From Eledone cirrhosa (taxonomy: Eukaryota), in the NCBI GenBank assembly GCA_964016885.1, contig OZ024744.1:85746001-85810000 (forward strand): a stretch of DNA of 64,000 nucleotides, written 5' to 3'. Within the stretch, counting starts at the first letter, position 1. Each line of letters starts with the position of its first letter. Positions 26,544 to 43,324 of the stretch are shown one piece after another. The position numbers and the translations under genes were made by a program. The notes under the pieces were generated by a model, which made no database searches, was not told where the DNA came from, and worked only from the letters and a program-made list of their open reading frames with translations.

Positions 26544-27423
26544 CGAGGTGTGCCAGAAAAGTTCCAGGACTGATGTCACAAAAGATTTATTTCAAACCCA
26601 AACTTCACACTAAGAGTTTTGTCCTCCAAAGTAATCCCCTTGGAGTCTAATGCACTTTTTCATCCTTTTCTGCCACGCTTGCATGCACTCCTGGAAGGAT
26701 TCTTCCGGGATCCTCCGCAGTTCCGTCGTAACGGCTTTTTTGATGTCGTCCACGTCTTCAAAACAGGTTCCCTCAGGGTCGTACACGAAGATCCATGACT
26801 CATCACCGGTGATGACTGTCCCTAGCAAGTCTGGTTCGGTTTCAAGACGCTCGAGGATGTTCTGGCACACTTGCATGCGTCGATTCTTCTGGTCATCGTT
26901 CAGCAGCTTTGGCACCATCTTCGCGCAGACTTTCCGCACGTCCAAATTCTCAGTGAGAATCTTCCAGACGCGATTCATGCCCAGCTTATTTGCCTTCAGT
27001 CGAACAATCAGCCGACGGTCGCTACGCAGCATCTGCCTGACGCGCTCAACGTTGGCCTCAGTCCTGGTTGTTGAGGGCCTTCTGCTCCTGGGGTCATCTT
27101 GCACCACTCAAAAACACGTGGGCGTGACATCGTCTCATCTCCATACACTTGCTGCAGCAATCCTAGTGCTTCTGACGGAGTTTTCCCCAACCTTACCAGG
27201 AACTTCAAGTTTGTTCGTTGCTCTGTGTTCATTGCTTGACGACCTGAAACAGAGGACACGTATATAAAATTATGAAAAAAAAAGTTTGATCGCTGCAGAG
27301 AGCTAAGATTACAGTTACATACCCCTGGGGGATTACTTTGAAGGAGAAAACTCTTAGTGTGAAGTTTGGGTTTGAAATAAATCTTTTGTGACATCAGGCC
27401 TGGAACTTTTCTGACACACCTCG
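26544..27423 (-). mobile_element. Internally deleted mariner (Tc1/mariner) element with ~100-bp TIRs and TA target duplication
   Basis: TA-CGAGGTGTG...CACACCTCG-TA; TIRs about 26544-26645 and 27322-27423. Confidence 0.92.
26610..27232 (-). pseudogene. Mariner transposase remnant
   Basis: EQRTNLKF, DDPRSRRP, CAKMVPKLL, TGDESWIFVYDPE, then deletion to FEDVDDIK..GDYF; frameshift near 27105; second and third catalytic Asp regions missing. Confidence 0.9.
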
Positions 27424-27735
27424 TATATATACATATACATGCATATACATATATAGATACACATATACATACATACATATACATATACATGCATCTATAT
27501 AAATAGATACATATATACATATATACATAAACATGCATATACATATATAGATTCATATATATATGCATATATATACGTATGCCTGCATATGTGTATTTGT
27601 GTGTGTGTGATGTATACACACACACATATATATACGTATATATATATATAAACATATATAGATACACATATATATATATATGCATATATATATACGTATA
27701 CCTGCATATGTGTATGTGGGATGTATATATACACA

Positions 27736-27825
<90 letters not shown>

Positions 27826-27831
27826 GACACA

Positions 27832-28252
<421 letters not shown>

Positions 28253-28307
28253 TACTTTCACTCGTGTAGGACACCTCGGTTATTTTTCATTTGTAAAAAC
28301 ACCTCAC

Positions 28308-28372
<65 letters not shown>

Positions 28373-28834
28373 CATACACACCTATGTTTTTATATCCAGC
28401 AGGACCTTATCGGCCTAACTTTTCACCGTGTGAAGCAAAAGCTGTAGACTGAGAATTTTGATGATCTAGAGTGGTCCTGACTAGGATGTAGAATATTGCA
28501 GAAAACAGATTTCAGAGAGCAAAGCGGCGGACGTGTATAAGTCGCAATGAGAGGTAAAAATTGCTAGAACTGGTGTTTTATAACTAAATGACGTACGTAT
28601 TCCCTACTGTCATGGCAGCTTCAGTTGGTAGTAAAGAGAGAGCAATTACAGGGTAGTGAATGGAATGTGAATGCTATGTTGAGAATGGATCCGAACAAGA
28701 AGCACGTAATTAACATTTCCAGGTTCAAGGTTCTGATAAACAGAAAGCTGTTGATTGTTGCAAATGTACTTATCAAGTAAATGCTTGTCATCGCCACTGT
28801 AGACGCAAAGTTGTACAATCTCTCATAGAGTTCA

Positions 28835-29010
28835 TCATCGGTAGAGAGTCAGGCACCATGCTTTGCAGCATAGAGTTATGGCTCTTTACGTTCTGAGTTC
28901 AAATCCTGCCGAGGTTATATTTGCTTTTCATCCTTACGGTATCGATAAATAAAGCACCAGTAATGCACTGGGATAATTGCTGGCCTTGTGCCAAAAGTAG
29001 AAACAATTAT
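28835..29010 (+). mobile_element. tRNA-derived SINE with Nin/Deu-type central domain
   Basis: GAGTTCAAATCC box B; TTTCATCCTTACGG..TCGATAAAT; same family as 59594-59782. Confidence 0.75.
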
Positions 29011-29679
29011 TACCTGTTAACCGTCAGAACAGAGTAGTGATGGTTGTATGGTAATAAAGTTATCTTTGGAAACATGTGTTTCATGTTCCATCCCACAGCA
29101 TACCAACCTGAGCAAAGGCTTTCAGCCATAGCCTCGTATTAAACACGGATTTTAGACGATATTTGCTTGGCGGAAGCATGACAGAAACTATAGGAAGTTT
29201 ACAACTTTTCTCTGGCTTTAAACTTTGTTCACCAACATGTTTAAAATTATCACACATTCCTCAGATGTCGTTAAAGGAATCCACTCTGATTCAACCTCTT
29301 CGGTCATGTCTCGGCTCAGACATAACTTTACTTCAATTTTCTTTACAACTCAAGGAAGCTCTGCAAAAGTGCCAGATGATACATCTATTCTTTCTCTCAC
29401 AAAGCCATATAATATTTTTGTGAATACTCAGAATCTTGACTGCTCAGCCTCGTATCTCACGTATTACCACGATACTTTTCCCGACATTTTGTGAAATATA
29501 CTGTAGCTATTGATTTTATAAACGATGTCTCGGTGTATCACCTCCGACATTATTTTAGCCGACACTAATAGAAAATGTGTTTGCACCTCATCTTCTATAA
29601 GTGAGGCTTCAAATGGAAAAACCGCATAGCCGTATTTACATTAAACTCATCTTCAATCTTCTAATAGACGCTTCGTTAA

Positions 29680-29900
29680 CCCTTTAGCATTTAAACCGGC
29701 CATATCCAACCAGAACTCTCTCACCTCTCTCTGTTCAAATTGGCTGTAACTCACCGCTCATTCTATCATTAAGGTATTGTTCTCAAAATAAATACTATGA
29801 AGATCTTGTAGATTCAATATTATGTGAGCTAGTTATGAAAGAAACTGCCTTTACCGTGAAAATACGATAGTATATATAGAGTAATGTAAATGCTAAAGGG
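29680..29900. mobile_element. piggyBac-type MITE
   Basis: TTAA-CCCTTTAGCATTTA ... TAAATGCTAAAGGG-TTAA: 14-bp TIR and TTAA target duplication. Confidence 0.85.
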
Positions 29901-30225
29901 TTAAAGCATAAATATATATTATCTAAAAAGGCAGTTCGTTTGAATACAACCACATAGAAACATACATAATAAAACCGTTTATTGCAACTCATTGGTCAAT
30001 ACAACAGTAACAGAAGCTGCTTTAAGCTGTTAAGTAATCAGATCATGAAATATGTTCCAACAAAATTAAACTTAAGAATGATGATGTTTTACTTTATTAC
30101 TGATACCAGTCGATATTGTCTTTTCTTCCGTTAACTGAACATATCAAGTGTATCCCTGTGTTTATGTGTCTATGTTTCTATGTATGTATGTATGTATATA
30201 TGTATATATATATGTATATATATAT

Positions 30226-30330
<105 letters not shown>

Positions 30331-30361
30331 CATACATATATATGTATATACACAGACACAG

Positions 30362-30399
<38 letters not shown>

Positions 30400-30682
30400 T
30401 CACATATATATATATATATATATAATATATATATATGTACATATATATATATATATGTGTATATATATATGTGTGTGTGTATGTGTGTGTGTGTGTGTGT
30501 GTATTTGTGTTTGCGTACTTTTCTCATAGAATCAATTATTGTAGAATAATTTTGTTTCAGTAAATGTTTCGAATAAGCATTTGTGTACAAATAAATATTT
30601 AACAATTTTCAATATATATATTTTGTTAAATACTAGCAAAAGTTAGAAAACTAAAATTTAAAACATGTATACTAAATATGAA

Positions 30683-30724
<42 letters not shown>

Positions 30725-31669
30725 GGTGTACCGGGTGGATATGTAAGTATATACACAATTTATAAATGTTATTTATTTTAAAAAAATCAACTTTTCAACA
30801 GATTAACTGCCTATACTTATAGACAAAATTTTCGATGAAATACAACAGAATGACAAGACATCTTTCTAATTCTGCAACTAACTCTTTAAATTTATTTATT
30901 TTTCAAATGAAAAGTAAAACCCCCAAAAAATTGCTAAAAATCTAAAAAAAAAAACATAAAAAAAAAAAACATAAAAAAAAAAAAGATAAATAAAAAAAAT
31001 AAAAAATAAAAAATAAAATTAAAGAATATTCTTCCCGAAAGTATTACATTTCAGAGAATGCTAACACAGCATAACTTAAATGATAACTTACATACCAATA
31101 ACTATGTACAAGTCTAACAAGGAAAACTGAGGCATTAACATAAATATTTTTACTAAATATAAATGCATTCATAAAAAGCAGACGAATAATCGAGCAAAGT
31201 AGCAAATGAGTAGAACAATACAAATAGATATATAAAATATGAAAATAAAAATTAAAAAAAATAAAAAAAATAAATTTGTCATGAGTTAAGGAAAATGAAA
31301 TAAACAAATACATGAAAAAGGAAAAAAAAATTCTCAAGCTGCAAAACCAATATTTGAACTTCAAAAACGTTGAATATTTTAAAATAAGTACAGTAGAAAA
31401 AGATGTGGGTTCTTTCAGATGAGATGATGATAAAATGTATTGAAGGAAGAGAAAAATTTGAAACAAAGAAGTTTAAAATATTTGAAAAATAAATAAACAT
31501 GAAGAAAAAAAAATATAGTAAAAAGAATACAAAAAAAAATAAAGAGATAAAAAGAAGACAAAATAAAAAACAACAACAACAACGAAATGAACCAATGTTT
31601 TGTTCATAGTGGTTTGTAATCGTGGACAGAGTTACGTGATGATGTTGTTAATAATAACAACCAACACAC

Positions 31670-32280
31670 TCCTCCGCCGCCACGAACAATACCACCACCG
31701 ATGGCACCACCACCAACTCCCCACCAATACACTGCGCCCCTCCCCACCTTCACCGCAACCACCACAATGTCGACGACGACGACGACGACCACCACCACCA
31801 CCACTACCACCACCACCACCACCACCACAAACACCAACACATCACCAAATCCACTACCAACACCACCAGCACCACCACCGCCACCCCCAACACATTACCC
31901 CGCCGCCACCACCACCACCACCACCGCCAACACCACCACCACCACCAAAACGACCACCATCACGACGACAACGACCAGCACCACCAACACTAACAGCACC
32001 ACCACCGCCACCACCAACACACTACCCCAGCACCAACACCACCAAAACCACCACCACTACCACCACCACCACCACCACCACCACCACCACCACCAAAACG
32101 ACCGCCATCACGACGACGACGACCACCACCACCACCAACACTACCAGCACCACCACCACCATCACCAACACTACCAGCACCACCACCACCATCACCAACA
32201 CACTACCCCCCCCCCCATAGCCAACACACTACCCCTCCCCCAACACATTACCAATCCCCACTACCACCGCAACAAGAACA
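31670..32280. repeat. (CCA/ACC/ACG)n low-complexity tract
   Basis: Trinucleotide runs giving poly-P/T/H in all three frames. Confidence 0.9.
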
Positions 32281-32407
32281 AAATAACTCAAAACAACCAC
32301 TACAACAAGAATAAAACGTTAAAACGTTAAAAACTTTACGAAAATGCAGTAAACGAAATTCAATTGATTTAAATAGATTTATGTATTTATTATTGTTATT
32401 GTTGTTG

Positions 32408-32450
<43 letters not shown>

Positions 32451-32535
32451 GATGATGACGGTGATGATGATGATGGCGATGATGATGATGATGGCGGTAA
32501 GCATGACGAGAATGATGAAAGTAAAATGTTAAAAT

Positions 32536-32592
<57 letters not shown>

Positions 32593-32595
<3 letters not shown>

Positions 32596-35500
32596 CAAAA
32601 ACTAAGTCAGACATTCGAATACTACATTACAATGAAACTTATGCTTATTCATTTTTGGGGCCCTTTCTGCCCGTGTGTTTGTTTGTTTATGTGTGTCCGT
32701 ATACAGCGTGGTGATAATGCCACACAAGGGCCAAGTGGGATGGCGGATCCACAGATGGCTATGTAAACATACATTCGCCAATCCTCGATAAGAGTGTTTA
32801 AATATCGAACATAAACAGTTCGAATAACGGTGAAATGGAGACTAGAACGTCATGTGACAGACTCTCACCCAACAGGTGCCCCCTGGCTCAGCAGCAGGAA
32901 CCTGACTGTCAACGAAATACTGCTGATGTTGGAGGAAGAAGAAGAAGGAAAGGGGCCAGAACCAACTGGACGAAAGAATTGAATAGAACGGTTATGCAAT
33001 GCTACCTGAAAAGTAACCCCAAGGAGAGGGGCTACAGGAGACGGATGCATAACATCTGGAACGAGATTGGTTTATTTAAATTAGATGAACAAAAATTGGC
33101 CGGGCAGGCTCGGGTAATAAGAACTAATGGGTGGATAAGCGAGCTGGAACTGGAGGAACTGAGCAGAGAGAATGGCTTGGAGATGGCGGGTGTAGTATGC
33201 CAGACAAGCGAGCCGGCGGGAAATGAAGGTGAGGAGGTCCTGAGAGCGGAGGAACCACCCGAAGCAGACAATGATCTGAATACTGAGATAAATAATACCT
33301 GGAACAGAGATACGGCCACTGAGGAGATGAATGCTGACGGGCTAGGACAAGATTCGGTTGACATCCTAAATTTAGTGGTAGATGAGTTGAACAATGATAG
33401 TGGGAGACCTATGAACCTAAGATTTGTAGACAGGAAAAAGTTAAAAGAAACAACAGCTAAGGTAAACAAAGTCATCCCATACCTTGAGGCGAGGAGTCTT
33501 CACCAGTGCAACAATATCCTCAAAGCAACAGCAAATACGGTGAGGAAACTACTTGGTATAAAAGCGAGAGGAAACAACAGACAAGAAAGAGCAGAGCCGT
33601 GGTGGAAGAAGCGACTGAGTGGGCAAATCGGGGAAATGAGAAATGACATAGGAAAGCTTGAGTCACTACTGAATGGGACACTAAAAAACATAGGCACTAA
33701 AAATAGACTGGAAATAAAATACAAAACTAGGAGTAAAAAGCTAAATATTATCATAGAGGAATTGAAGCAACGCATTGTAGCAAAGAGTGCCAAAATCAGG
33801 CGATACGAGAACAGAGTCAGTCAGTATAAACAGAACCGCATGTTCGACAACAACCAGAAGATGCTGTTTGGACAGCTTGAGGGGAAAGAAAGAGGCACCG
33901 ACTTGATCCCTGGGGCGGAACAAGCTAAAACATTCTGGAGAGGAATATGGGAGCAGGATGTTAGACACAATGCCCAGGCAGGGTGGATTGAGACAGTACA
34001 GAGGGAGATCGGTGAGCAGGCACAGCAACAGACTGATTTGAGTATCACAGTCGAAACTCTTAAGGGGCAAGCCAAAAAACTAACCAACTGGAAATCACCA
34101 GGCCCAGATGGTGTGCAGGGGTATTGGATTAAACATTTAACATCCCTCCACCCGAAGCTGACGGCCATGTTCAATGACTGCTTGGTGTCGGGTGAGGTGC
34201 CAGAGTGGTTGACAAAAGGTACCACAGTTCTGATAATGAAAGACCGAATCAAGGGTAATGATGTTACCAACTATAGACCTATCACATGTCTGCCCGTAAT
34301 GTGGAAACTGTTGACGAGCATTGTGTCTGAGGAAATCTACCATCACCTCCACACAAACAACTTGTTGCCGGACGAACAGAAAGGATGCCGAAAGAAGTCA
34401 CGTGGTACAAAGGACCAGTTGCTTATTGATAAGATGGTAATGGGGAATTGCAGGAGGAGACACACTGATCTTGCCATGGGATGGATAGACTACAGAAAGG
34501 CATTTGACATGGTGCCTCATTCCTGGATCACCAAAAGCCTGGAGATCTTCAGGGTGGCAGATAACATCAGACAGTTGCTGGGCAGGAGTATGGGGTCCTG
34601 GGAGACAGAGTTGACATCAACTGGAGTATCCTTGGGAAGCGTGAAGATCAAGAGAGGTATCTTCCAGGGAGATAGCCTGTCCCCTCTGTTGTTTGTCCTT
34701 GCCCTGATGCCCTTGACCATTATGCTGCGAAAAGTGAGAGCAGGATACAAGTTGGGAAGGGGAGAGCTTACCATCAATCACCTCCTCTTCATGGACGATC
34801 TTAAGCTCTTCGGGAAAAGTGAGAAGGAGTTGGATGTGCTTGTTGACACTGTCCGTATTTTCAGCAGTGATATATGTATGCAGTTTGGTATTGGTAAATG
34901 TGGAGTCATTGTGATGAGGAGGGGTAGGTTGAGCAGAAGTAACGGGATCCAGATACCAACAGGTGAGATGATAAAGGAAATTGACTCTGAGGAAGGATAC
35001 AAGTATTTGGGCGTTCTGGAGGCTGATGGCATAAAGAACAAAAAAATGAAGGAATTGTTAAGAACTGAATACATTCGGAGAGTAAGGAGCGTATTGAAGT
35101 CACATCTGAACAGCAGAAATGCCATAAGCGCAGTAAATTCCCGAGCTGTGTCTATTATTAGGTACAGTGCGGGAATTCTGAGATGAAATGTTGCTGAACA
35201 AAAAGAAATGGATAGGAAGACTAGGAAGCTATTGACTATCTACAACATGTTCCACAAGAGGAGTGATGTCGATAGACTCTACCTAAGGAGATCTGAGGGT
35301 GGAAGAGGTCTTATCAGCATAGAGGACTGTGTTCAGATGGAGAAAAACAACCTATACAAATACGTGACCTATAGTAAGGAGCCAATGCTCAGAGCTGTAC
35401 TGAAGGAGGGGACAGTAGGCCAGGGGATACCCAAGGAGGAAATAACATCAAGGAGGAAGAGCAGCCTTAAGGGAAAATCCCTTCATAGTACCTTCTTTGA

Positions 35501-36330
35501 GAAAACTGAATTTAGAGATCCACAGACATGGAACTGGTTGAGAAGAGGAGACCTCAAAAAGGCTACAGAAGGAATGCTAATGGCTGCGCAGGAGCAGGCC
35601 CTCAAAACGAAGTGGTTGAAGCACCATATCTACAAGGAGGAGGCTAGCCCACTGTGCAGGATCTGTGGAGAGAGAGAGGAGACTGTGGCTCACATTGTGT
35701 CCGAGTGTAAACACCTAGCCCAGACCCACTATAAGGGCTGGAGACACGATGTGATGGGCAGGGTGATCCACTGGCACCTGTGCAAAGTAAACAATCTACC
35801 ACATTCTGAGAAATGGTATGAGCATAGGCCAGAGGCGGTGATGGAGAACAGTCAGGTGAAGGTGCTGTGGGATTTTAGGATACAGACGGACAAAAAACTG
35901 GAACACAATAGACCTGACCTGGTGGTTGTGGACAAAGAAAAAAGATCGTGCCTGATTGTGGATGTGGCCTGCCCGTTCGACACGAGAGTGCAAGAGAAGG
36001 AGAGGGAGAAAATTAACCGATACCAGGACCTAAAGTGGGAGGTGAAAAGGATTTGGAACTGCCATGAAGTCAAAGTGATCCCGATTGTCATAGGCGCACT
36101 GGGGACTATCTCCAAAGGTTTCCAGGGATGGTTAAAGAAAATCGGCCCCTTCACGCTTTTTGGAACGCTTCAAAAGGCATGCTTGCTTGGAACGGCAAGA
36201 ACCCTCCGATACGTCCTGAATATCTGAGGCTGCAGGTAGTGGCTTGATATTCAATCCAACGGACTTTCCAGTTAACCAACATCAATGACTGAGATTCAAG
36301 GAATAACAATAACAATAATAATAATAATAA
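32593..36330 (+). mobile_element. Apparently full-length R4/Dong-clade LINE in (AAT)n
   Basis: (AAT)n on both sides; single long ORF with RT and restriction-like endonuclease; exact 5' boundary uncertain. Confidence 0.88.
32835..36227 (+). pseudogene. R4/Dong ORF (~1130 codons; RT, CCHC finger, PD-(D/E)xK endonuclease) with one premature TGA at 35184-35186
   Basis: WTKELN..CY..GYRRRM N-terminus, PGPDG, YRPITCL, GIFQGDSLSP, FMDD, CRIC..HIVSEC, RHD, RPD..D; both ORF halves in frame; the sister copy has TGG at this codon. Confidence 0.92.
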
Positions 36331-36461
36331 TTGTTTCTACTTTAGGCACAAGGCCAGCAATTACCCAGTACATTACTGGTACTTTATTTTATCGACCCCC
36401 GTAAAGTGAAGTACCAGTAATGTACTGGGTAATTGCTGGCCTTGTGCCTAAAGTAGAAACA

Positions 36462-36465
<4 letters not shown>
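36329..36465. repeat. Palindrome formed from two SINE 3' ends at the centre of a larger inverted repeat
   Basis: AATTGTTTCTACTTTAGGCACAAGGCCAGCAATTACCCAGTACATTACTGGTACTT and its exact reverse complement. Confidence 0.9.
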
Positions 36466-38039
<1,574 letters not shown>

Positions 38040-38089
38040 GATTATTATTCAATTTTAACATTTTACTTTCATCATTCTCGTCATGCTTA

Positions 38090-38173
38090 CCGCCATCATC
38101 ATCATCATCATCATCGCCATCATCATCATCACCGCCATCATCATCAGCACCGTCATCATCATCATCATCACCA

Positions 38174-38212
<39 letters not shown>

Positions 38213-38371
38213 CCATCATCATCCTCATCATCATCATCATCGTGGTCGTAGTAACCCTCATCTACATATTTTATCATCATCGCCACCTGCTTTTTCTTCT
38301 TCTTCTTCTTCTTCTTCTTCTTCTTCTTCTTCTTCTTCTTCTTCTTCTTCTTCTTCTTCTTCTTCTTCTAC

Positions 38372-38403
<32 letters not shown>

Positions 38404-38858
38404 CTTCTTCTTCTTCTTCTTCTTCTTCTTTCTCCTCCTCTTCCTCATTCTGCTCCTCCTCCTCCTCCTCCTCCTCCTCCTCCTCCTTCTTCTTCTTCTT
38501 CTTCTTCTTCTTCTTCTCCTCCTCCTCCTCCTCCTCCTCCTCCTTCTTCTTCTTCTTCTTCTTCTTCTTCTTCTTCTTCTTCTTCTTTTTCCTCTTTTTC
38601 TTCTCCTCCTCCTCCTGCTTCTGCTGCTGCTGCTCCTCCTCCTTCTTCTTCTTCTTCTTCTTCTTCTTCTTCTTCTTCTTCATCTTCTTCTTCTTCTTCT
38701 TCTTCTTCTTCTTCTTCTTCTTCTTCTTCTTCTTCTTCTCCTCCTCCTCCTCCTCCTCCTTCTCCTCCTCCTCCTCCTCCTCATCCTCCTCATCCTTCTT
38801 CTTCTTCTTCTTCTTCTTCTTCTTCTTCTTCTTCTTCTTCTTCTTCTTCTTCTTCTTC

Positions 38859-38890
<32 letters not shown>

Positions 38891-39062
38891 CTTCTTCTTC
38901 TTCTTCTTCTTCTTCTTCTTCTTCTTCTTCTTCTTCTTCTTCTTCTTCTTCTCCTTCTTCTTCTTCTTCCCCCCCCCCTCCTCTGCTTCCTCCTCTCTTC
39001 GCCTTTACTTCAATTCCTTTGTCTTTCTGTTCCAATTTTTCCATTAAAAAAAAAAAAAGTAT

Positions 39063-39101
<39 letters not shown>

Positions 39102-39515
39102 TTTGTTTATTTATTTATTTGTTTATTCAGTTATTTATTTATTTATTTATATGTTTATTTATTTATTTATTTATATATTTTATATATTTATTTATTTATT
39201 TATATATTTTATATATTTATATATTTATTTATATATTTTATATATTTATATATTTATTTATTCATATATTTTATATATTTATATATTTATTTATATATTT
39301 TATATATTTATTTATTTATTTATAAGTTTTATATATTTATATATTTATTTATATATTTTATATATTTATTTATTTATTTATATATTTTATATATTTATAT
39401 ATTTATTTATATATTTTATATATTTATTTATTTATTTATTTATTTATTTATATATTTTATATATTTATTTATTTATTTATTTATTTATATATTTTATATA
39501 TTTATTTATTTATTT
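38090..39515. repeat. Compound microsatellite (ATC)n-(CTT/CCT)n-(ATTT/AT)n
   Basis: Direct inspection. Confidence 0.95.
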
Positions 39516-39858
39516 ATCCATTCAGCTTGACGTTTCTTTAAATGATGTCAAAATTTCTCAAAACCAATTCTTAGAGGAAATCTCCGAAGAATTTACATTT
39601 CAACATTCAATTTAAGGTTCAATTCTAAAAGTCATAGATTTTGGAGCAGAAGTTGCACTTTTTCTAAAAATGTGTTCTATAAGCAACACTAAAATAAACA
39701 CGATTTTGAGAAGAAAAATAACAACGATAGAAAATATAGATTAAAAAAATGAATATAAGAAAATCAAATATACACGCACAAACACACACTCACACAGTTA
39801 CACACACATATATATATATACATGTATATGTATATATATCTGTGTTTATATATATATA

Positions 39859-39897
<39 letters not shown>

Positions 39898-39904
39898 ATA
39901 TATA

Positions 39905-40008
<104 letters not shown>

Positions 40009-40156
40009 TATTATGTTTATGTATATATATATACAGCATATATATATATACAGCATATATATATATAATGTGTATATATATATATATATATGTACGTATA
40101 TATACATATGTATAAATAATATATATAATGTATATATATATATATATATATATACA

Positions 40157-40212
<56 letters not shown>

Positions 40213-40507
40213 CATTAACACATCTCTCTCTCTCTCTCTCTCTCTCTCTTTATATATATATATATATATATATAATTATACCAATAACTATTTGTATGCT
40301 TGTGCACATGAGAATTGTGCGTGTATGCGTGTGCAGACATATGCATGTGGTGTGTATAAGTGTGCTAACATGTATGTATTTGTTTCAATTTTCATGTAAC
40401 AAACAAAAAATAAAAGAAAACTCGAAAATAACAGAAAATTAAAGACAAATAAAATTTGAATACTAAATGTCTTTATAAAATGTAAGAATATAGAATTGTT
40501 TGAGTGA

Positions 40508-40538
<31 letters not shown>

Positions 40539-40819
40539 TGTATGTATGTATGTATGTGTGTATGTATGTATGTATGTATGTATGTATGTATGTATGTATG
40601 TATGTATGTATGTATGTATGTATGTATGTATGCAGGTTTGTATGAATGTATGTATGTATGTATGTATGTATGTATGTATGTATGCAGGTTTGTATGAATG
40701 TATGTATGTATGTATGTATGTATGTATGTATGTATGTATGTATGTATGTATGTATGTATGTAGGTATGTATGTATGTATGTATGTATGTATGTATGTATG
40801 TGTGTATGTATGTATGTAT

Positions 40820-40916
40820 GTTTTCTCTTTCTCTTAATTTCGAGTATATTTTTTGACCGGCCACCTTCCTGGTGGCAAGGTTGTAAAAGAAAAGAAATTG
40901 TCATCCCTTGAATCGC
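40820..40916 (-). mobile_element. 3' tip of a (CATA)n-tailed R4-like LINE
   Basis: Near-identical to 42773-42870. Confidence 0.7.
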
Positions 40917-41515
40917 ATACATACATACATACATACAAACCTGCATACATACATACATACAAACCTGCATACATACATACATACATACATACATACATAC
41001 ATACATACATACATACATACATACATACATACGTACGTATGTATGTATGTATGTATGTATGTATGTATGTATGTATGTATGTATGTATGTATGTATGTAT
41101 GTATGAATGTATGTATGTATGTATGTATGTGTGTATGTATGTATGTATGTATGTATGCAGGTTTGTATGAATGTATGTATGTATGTATGTATGTATGTAT
41201 GTATGTATGTATGTATGTATGTATGTATGTATGCAGGTTTGTATGAATGTATGTATGTATGTATGTATGTATGTATGTATGTATGTATGTATGTATGCAG
41301 GTTTGTATGAATGTATGTATGTATGTATGTATGTATGTATGTATGTATGTATGTATGTATGTATGTATGTATGCAGGTTTGTATGAATGTATGTATGTAT
41401 CTATGTATGTATGTGTGTATATATGTATGTAGGTATGTATGTATGTATGTATGTATGTATATATGTATGTGTGTACATATGTATGTATGTATGTATCTAC
41501 GTATGTATGTGTGTA

Positions 41516-42130
41516 TATCAGAGGTTTCCTTCTCCTAGAATTCTGCCTTGACAAAGGCTAAGGGGTCATCTCTTCCGGTGATTTTGGATGGCCATTGACT
41601 CTTAAGAGCTCCTTTGCCCTTTGACAGGTTTTGTTTTTAGTGCTGCAGGATGTCCAAGGTCACCCTCCTCACCAAGAAACCTTGGTGGGGTTGCCAGTTT
41701 AGTAGCCAACGACTCGACCATGAGACAGGTTGTACTGGGATGCATGTTACCAGTAGCACCCACTGGTGACCTGACTCTTATATAACACCTGCAACCCTGA
41801 TGGTATCCAATGATGTTGACTTGTTCTTCTTTTTGGTAAATATCATCTTGGTTAAGAGAGTGGGACTGGCTTTGTGCAGTGCCTTTGCTCACTATAAAAG
41901 CTTCACGGCACAGGCATTGCTTTATATCTGGAGATCTCTCTGCACCTGTCGTCACATGGTACCATGGGCCCAGCACTATGTGTCAATAATTGTCACAAGT
42001 GTAGTGTTTGTACCAGAGTTTTCAAGTCGCTGGCTGGACTAAAAAGTCACTCGTTCAGCGCATCGGTAAGGGTTCTCCTACATGGATATAAAGTAGTGGC
42101 CGTACTCGAAAACGAGTTGGCAGCCACCAT
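41516..42130 (+). mobile_element. RTE-derived non-autonomous element with inverted 5' segment
   Basis: 41516-41775 is inverted and 41776-42130 is forward relative to the colinear copy at 53415-54015; CSVCTRVFKSLAGLKSH finger remnant; (TATG)n tail. Confidence 0.7.
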
Positions 42131-42139
42131 ATATGTGTG

Positions 42140-42173
<34 letters not shown>

Positions 42174-42648
42174 TGTATGTATGTATGTATGTATGTATGT
42201 ATGTATGTATGTATGTATGTATGTGTGTATACATGTATGTATGTATGTATGTATGTTTGTACGTACGTATGTATGTGTGTATATATGTATGTATGTATAT
42301 ATGTATGTGTGTATATATGTATGTATGTATCTATGTATGTATGAGTGTATATATGTATGTAGGTAAGTATGTATGTGTGTATACATGTATGTATGTATGT
42401 ATGTATGTATGTTTGTACGTATGTATGCATACATGTATGTATGTATACACACATACATACATACGAACATACATACATACATACATACATACATACGTAC
42501 AAACATACATACATACATACATACATACATACATACATGTATACACACATACATACATACCTACATACATATATACACTCATACATACATAGATAGATAC
42601 ATACATATATACACACATACATATATACATACATACATATATACACAC

Positions 42649-42681
<33 letters not shown>

Positions 42682-42772
42682 TGTATGTATGTATGTTCGT
42701 ATGTATGTATGTATGTACATACAAACATACATACATACATACATACATGCATACATACCTGTATGTTTGTAC

Positions 42773-43247
42773 GTTTTCTCTTTCTCTTAATTTCGAGTAT
42801 ATTTTTTTGACCGGCCACCTTCCTGGTGGCAAGGTTGTAAAAGAAAAGAAATTGTCATCCCTTGAATCGCAAGAATGTTTTGCAAATTTTGAAGGTGCCA
42901 GCTATCGCAGCCATTTGTAGACTATGAATTAGGGAGCTGCGCTTTTTGTCCGCAAATCCAAGTTCGGTCATACTTTGGTCCAAGCGGGTTGGTATATAAT
43001 CCGTAGCACCAATAATGATGGGTATGAAGCTAAAGGTGTATCTTGGATACTGGATTTGTAAACTCCTCATCAATGGTCCGTAGATGTCCTCCTTCTCCTG
43101 TATTTTTCTGACAACGTTTACACAAGTGGGCAGCTGATCTCCACAACAGAACACGTTTTCAATGTGTGGTCCCAAACTACAATATCAGGCCGGTTGTGCT
43201 TTAATTTGGTGGCAGTTTTTATTTTCAGGTTCCACCAGTATTCCTTA
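42773..43247 (-). mobile_element. R4-like LINE 3' fragment (endonuclease domain + 3' UTR) in (CATA)n
   Basis: EYWWN..HNRPDIVVWD..VVEISCP, EKEDIY, IPIIIGA, KICKTFL. Confidence 0.82.
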
Positions 43248-43293
43248 TGTATGTATGTATGTATGTATGCATGTATGTATGTATGTATGTATG

Positions 43294-43324
<31 letters not shown>

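Noticed and set aside
28400-29620. Unique-looking sequence as possible host exons (also 23600-24100, 26100-26540)
   Set aside because: No sustained ORF or recognisable motif by eye; small exons cannot be excluded without RNA-seq
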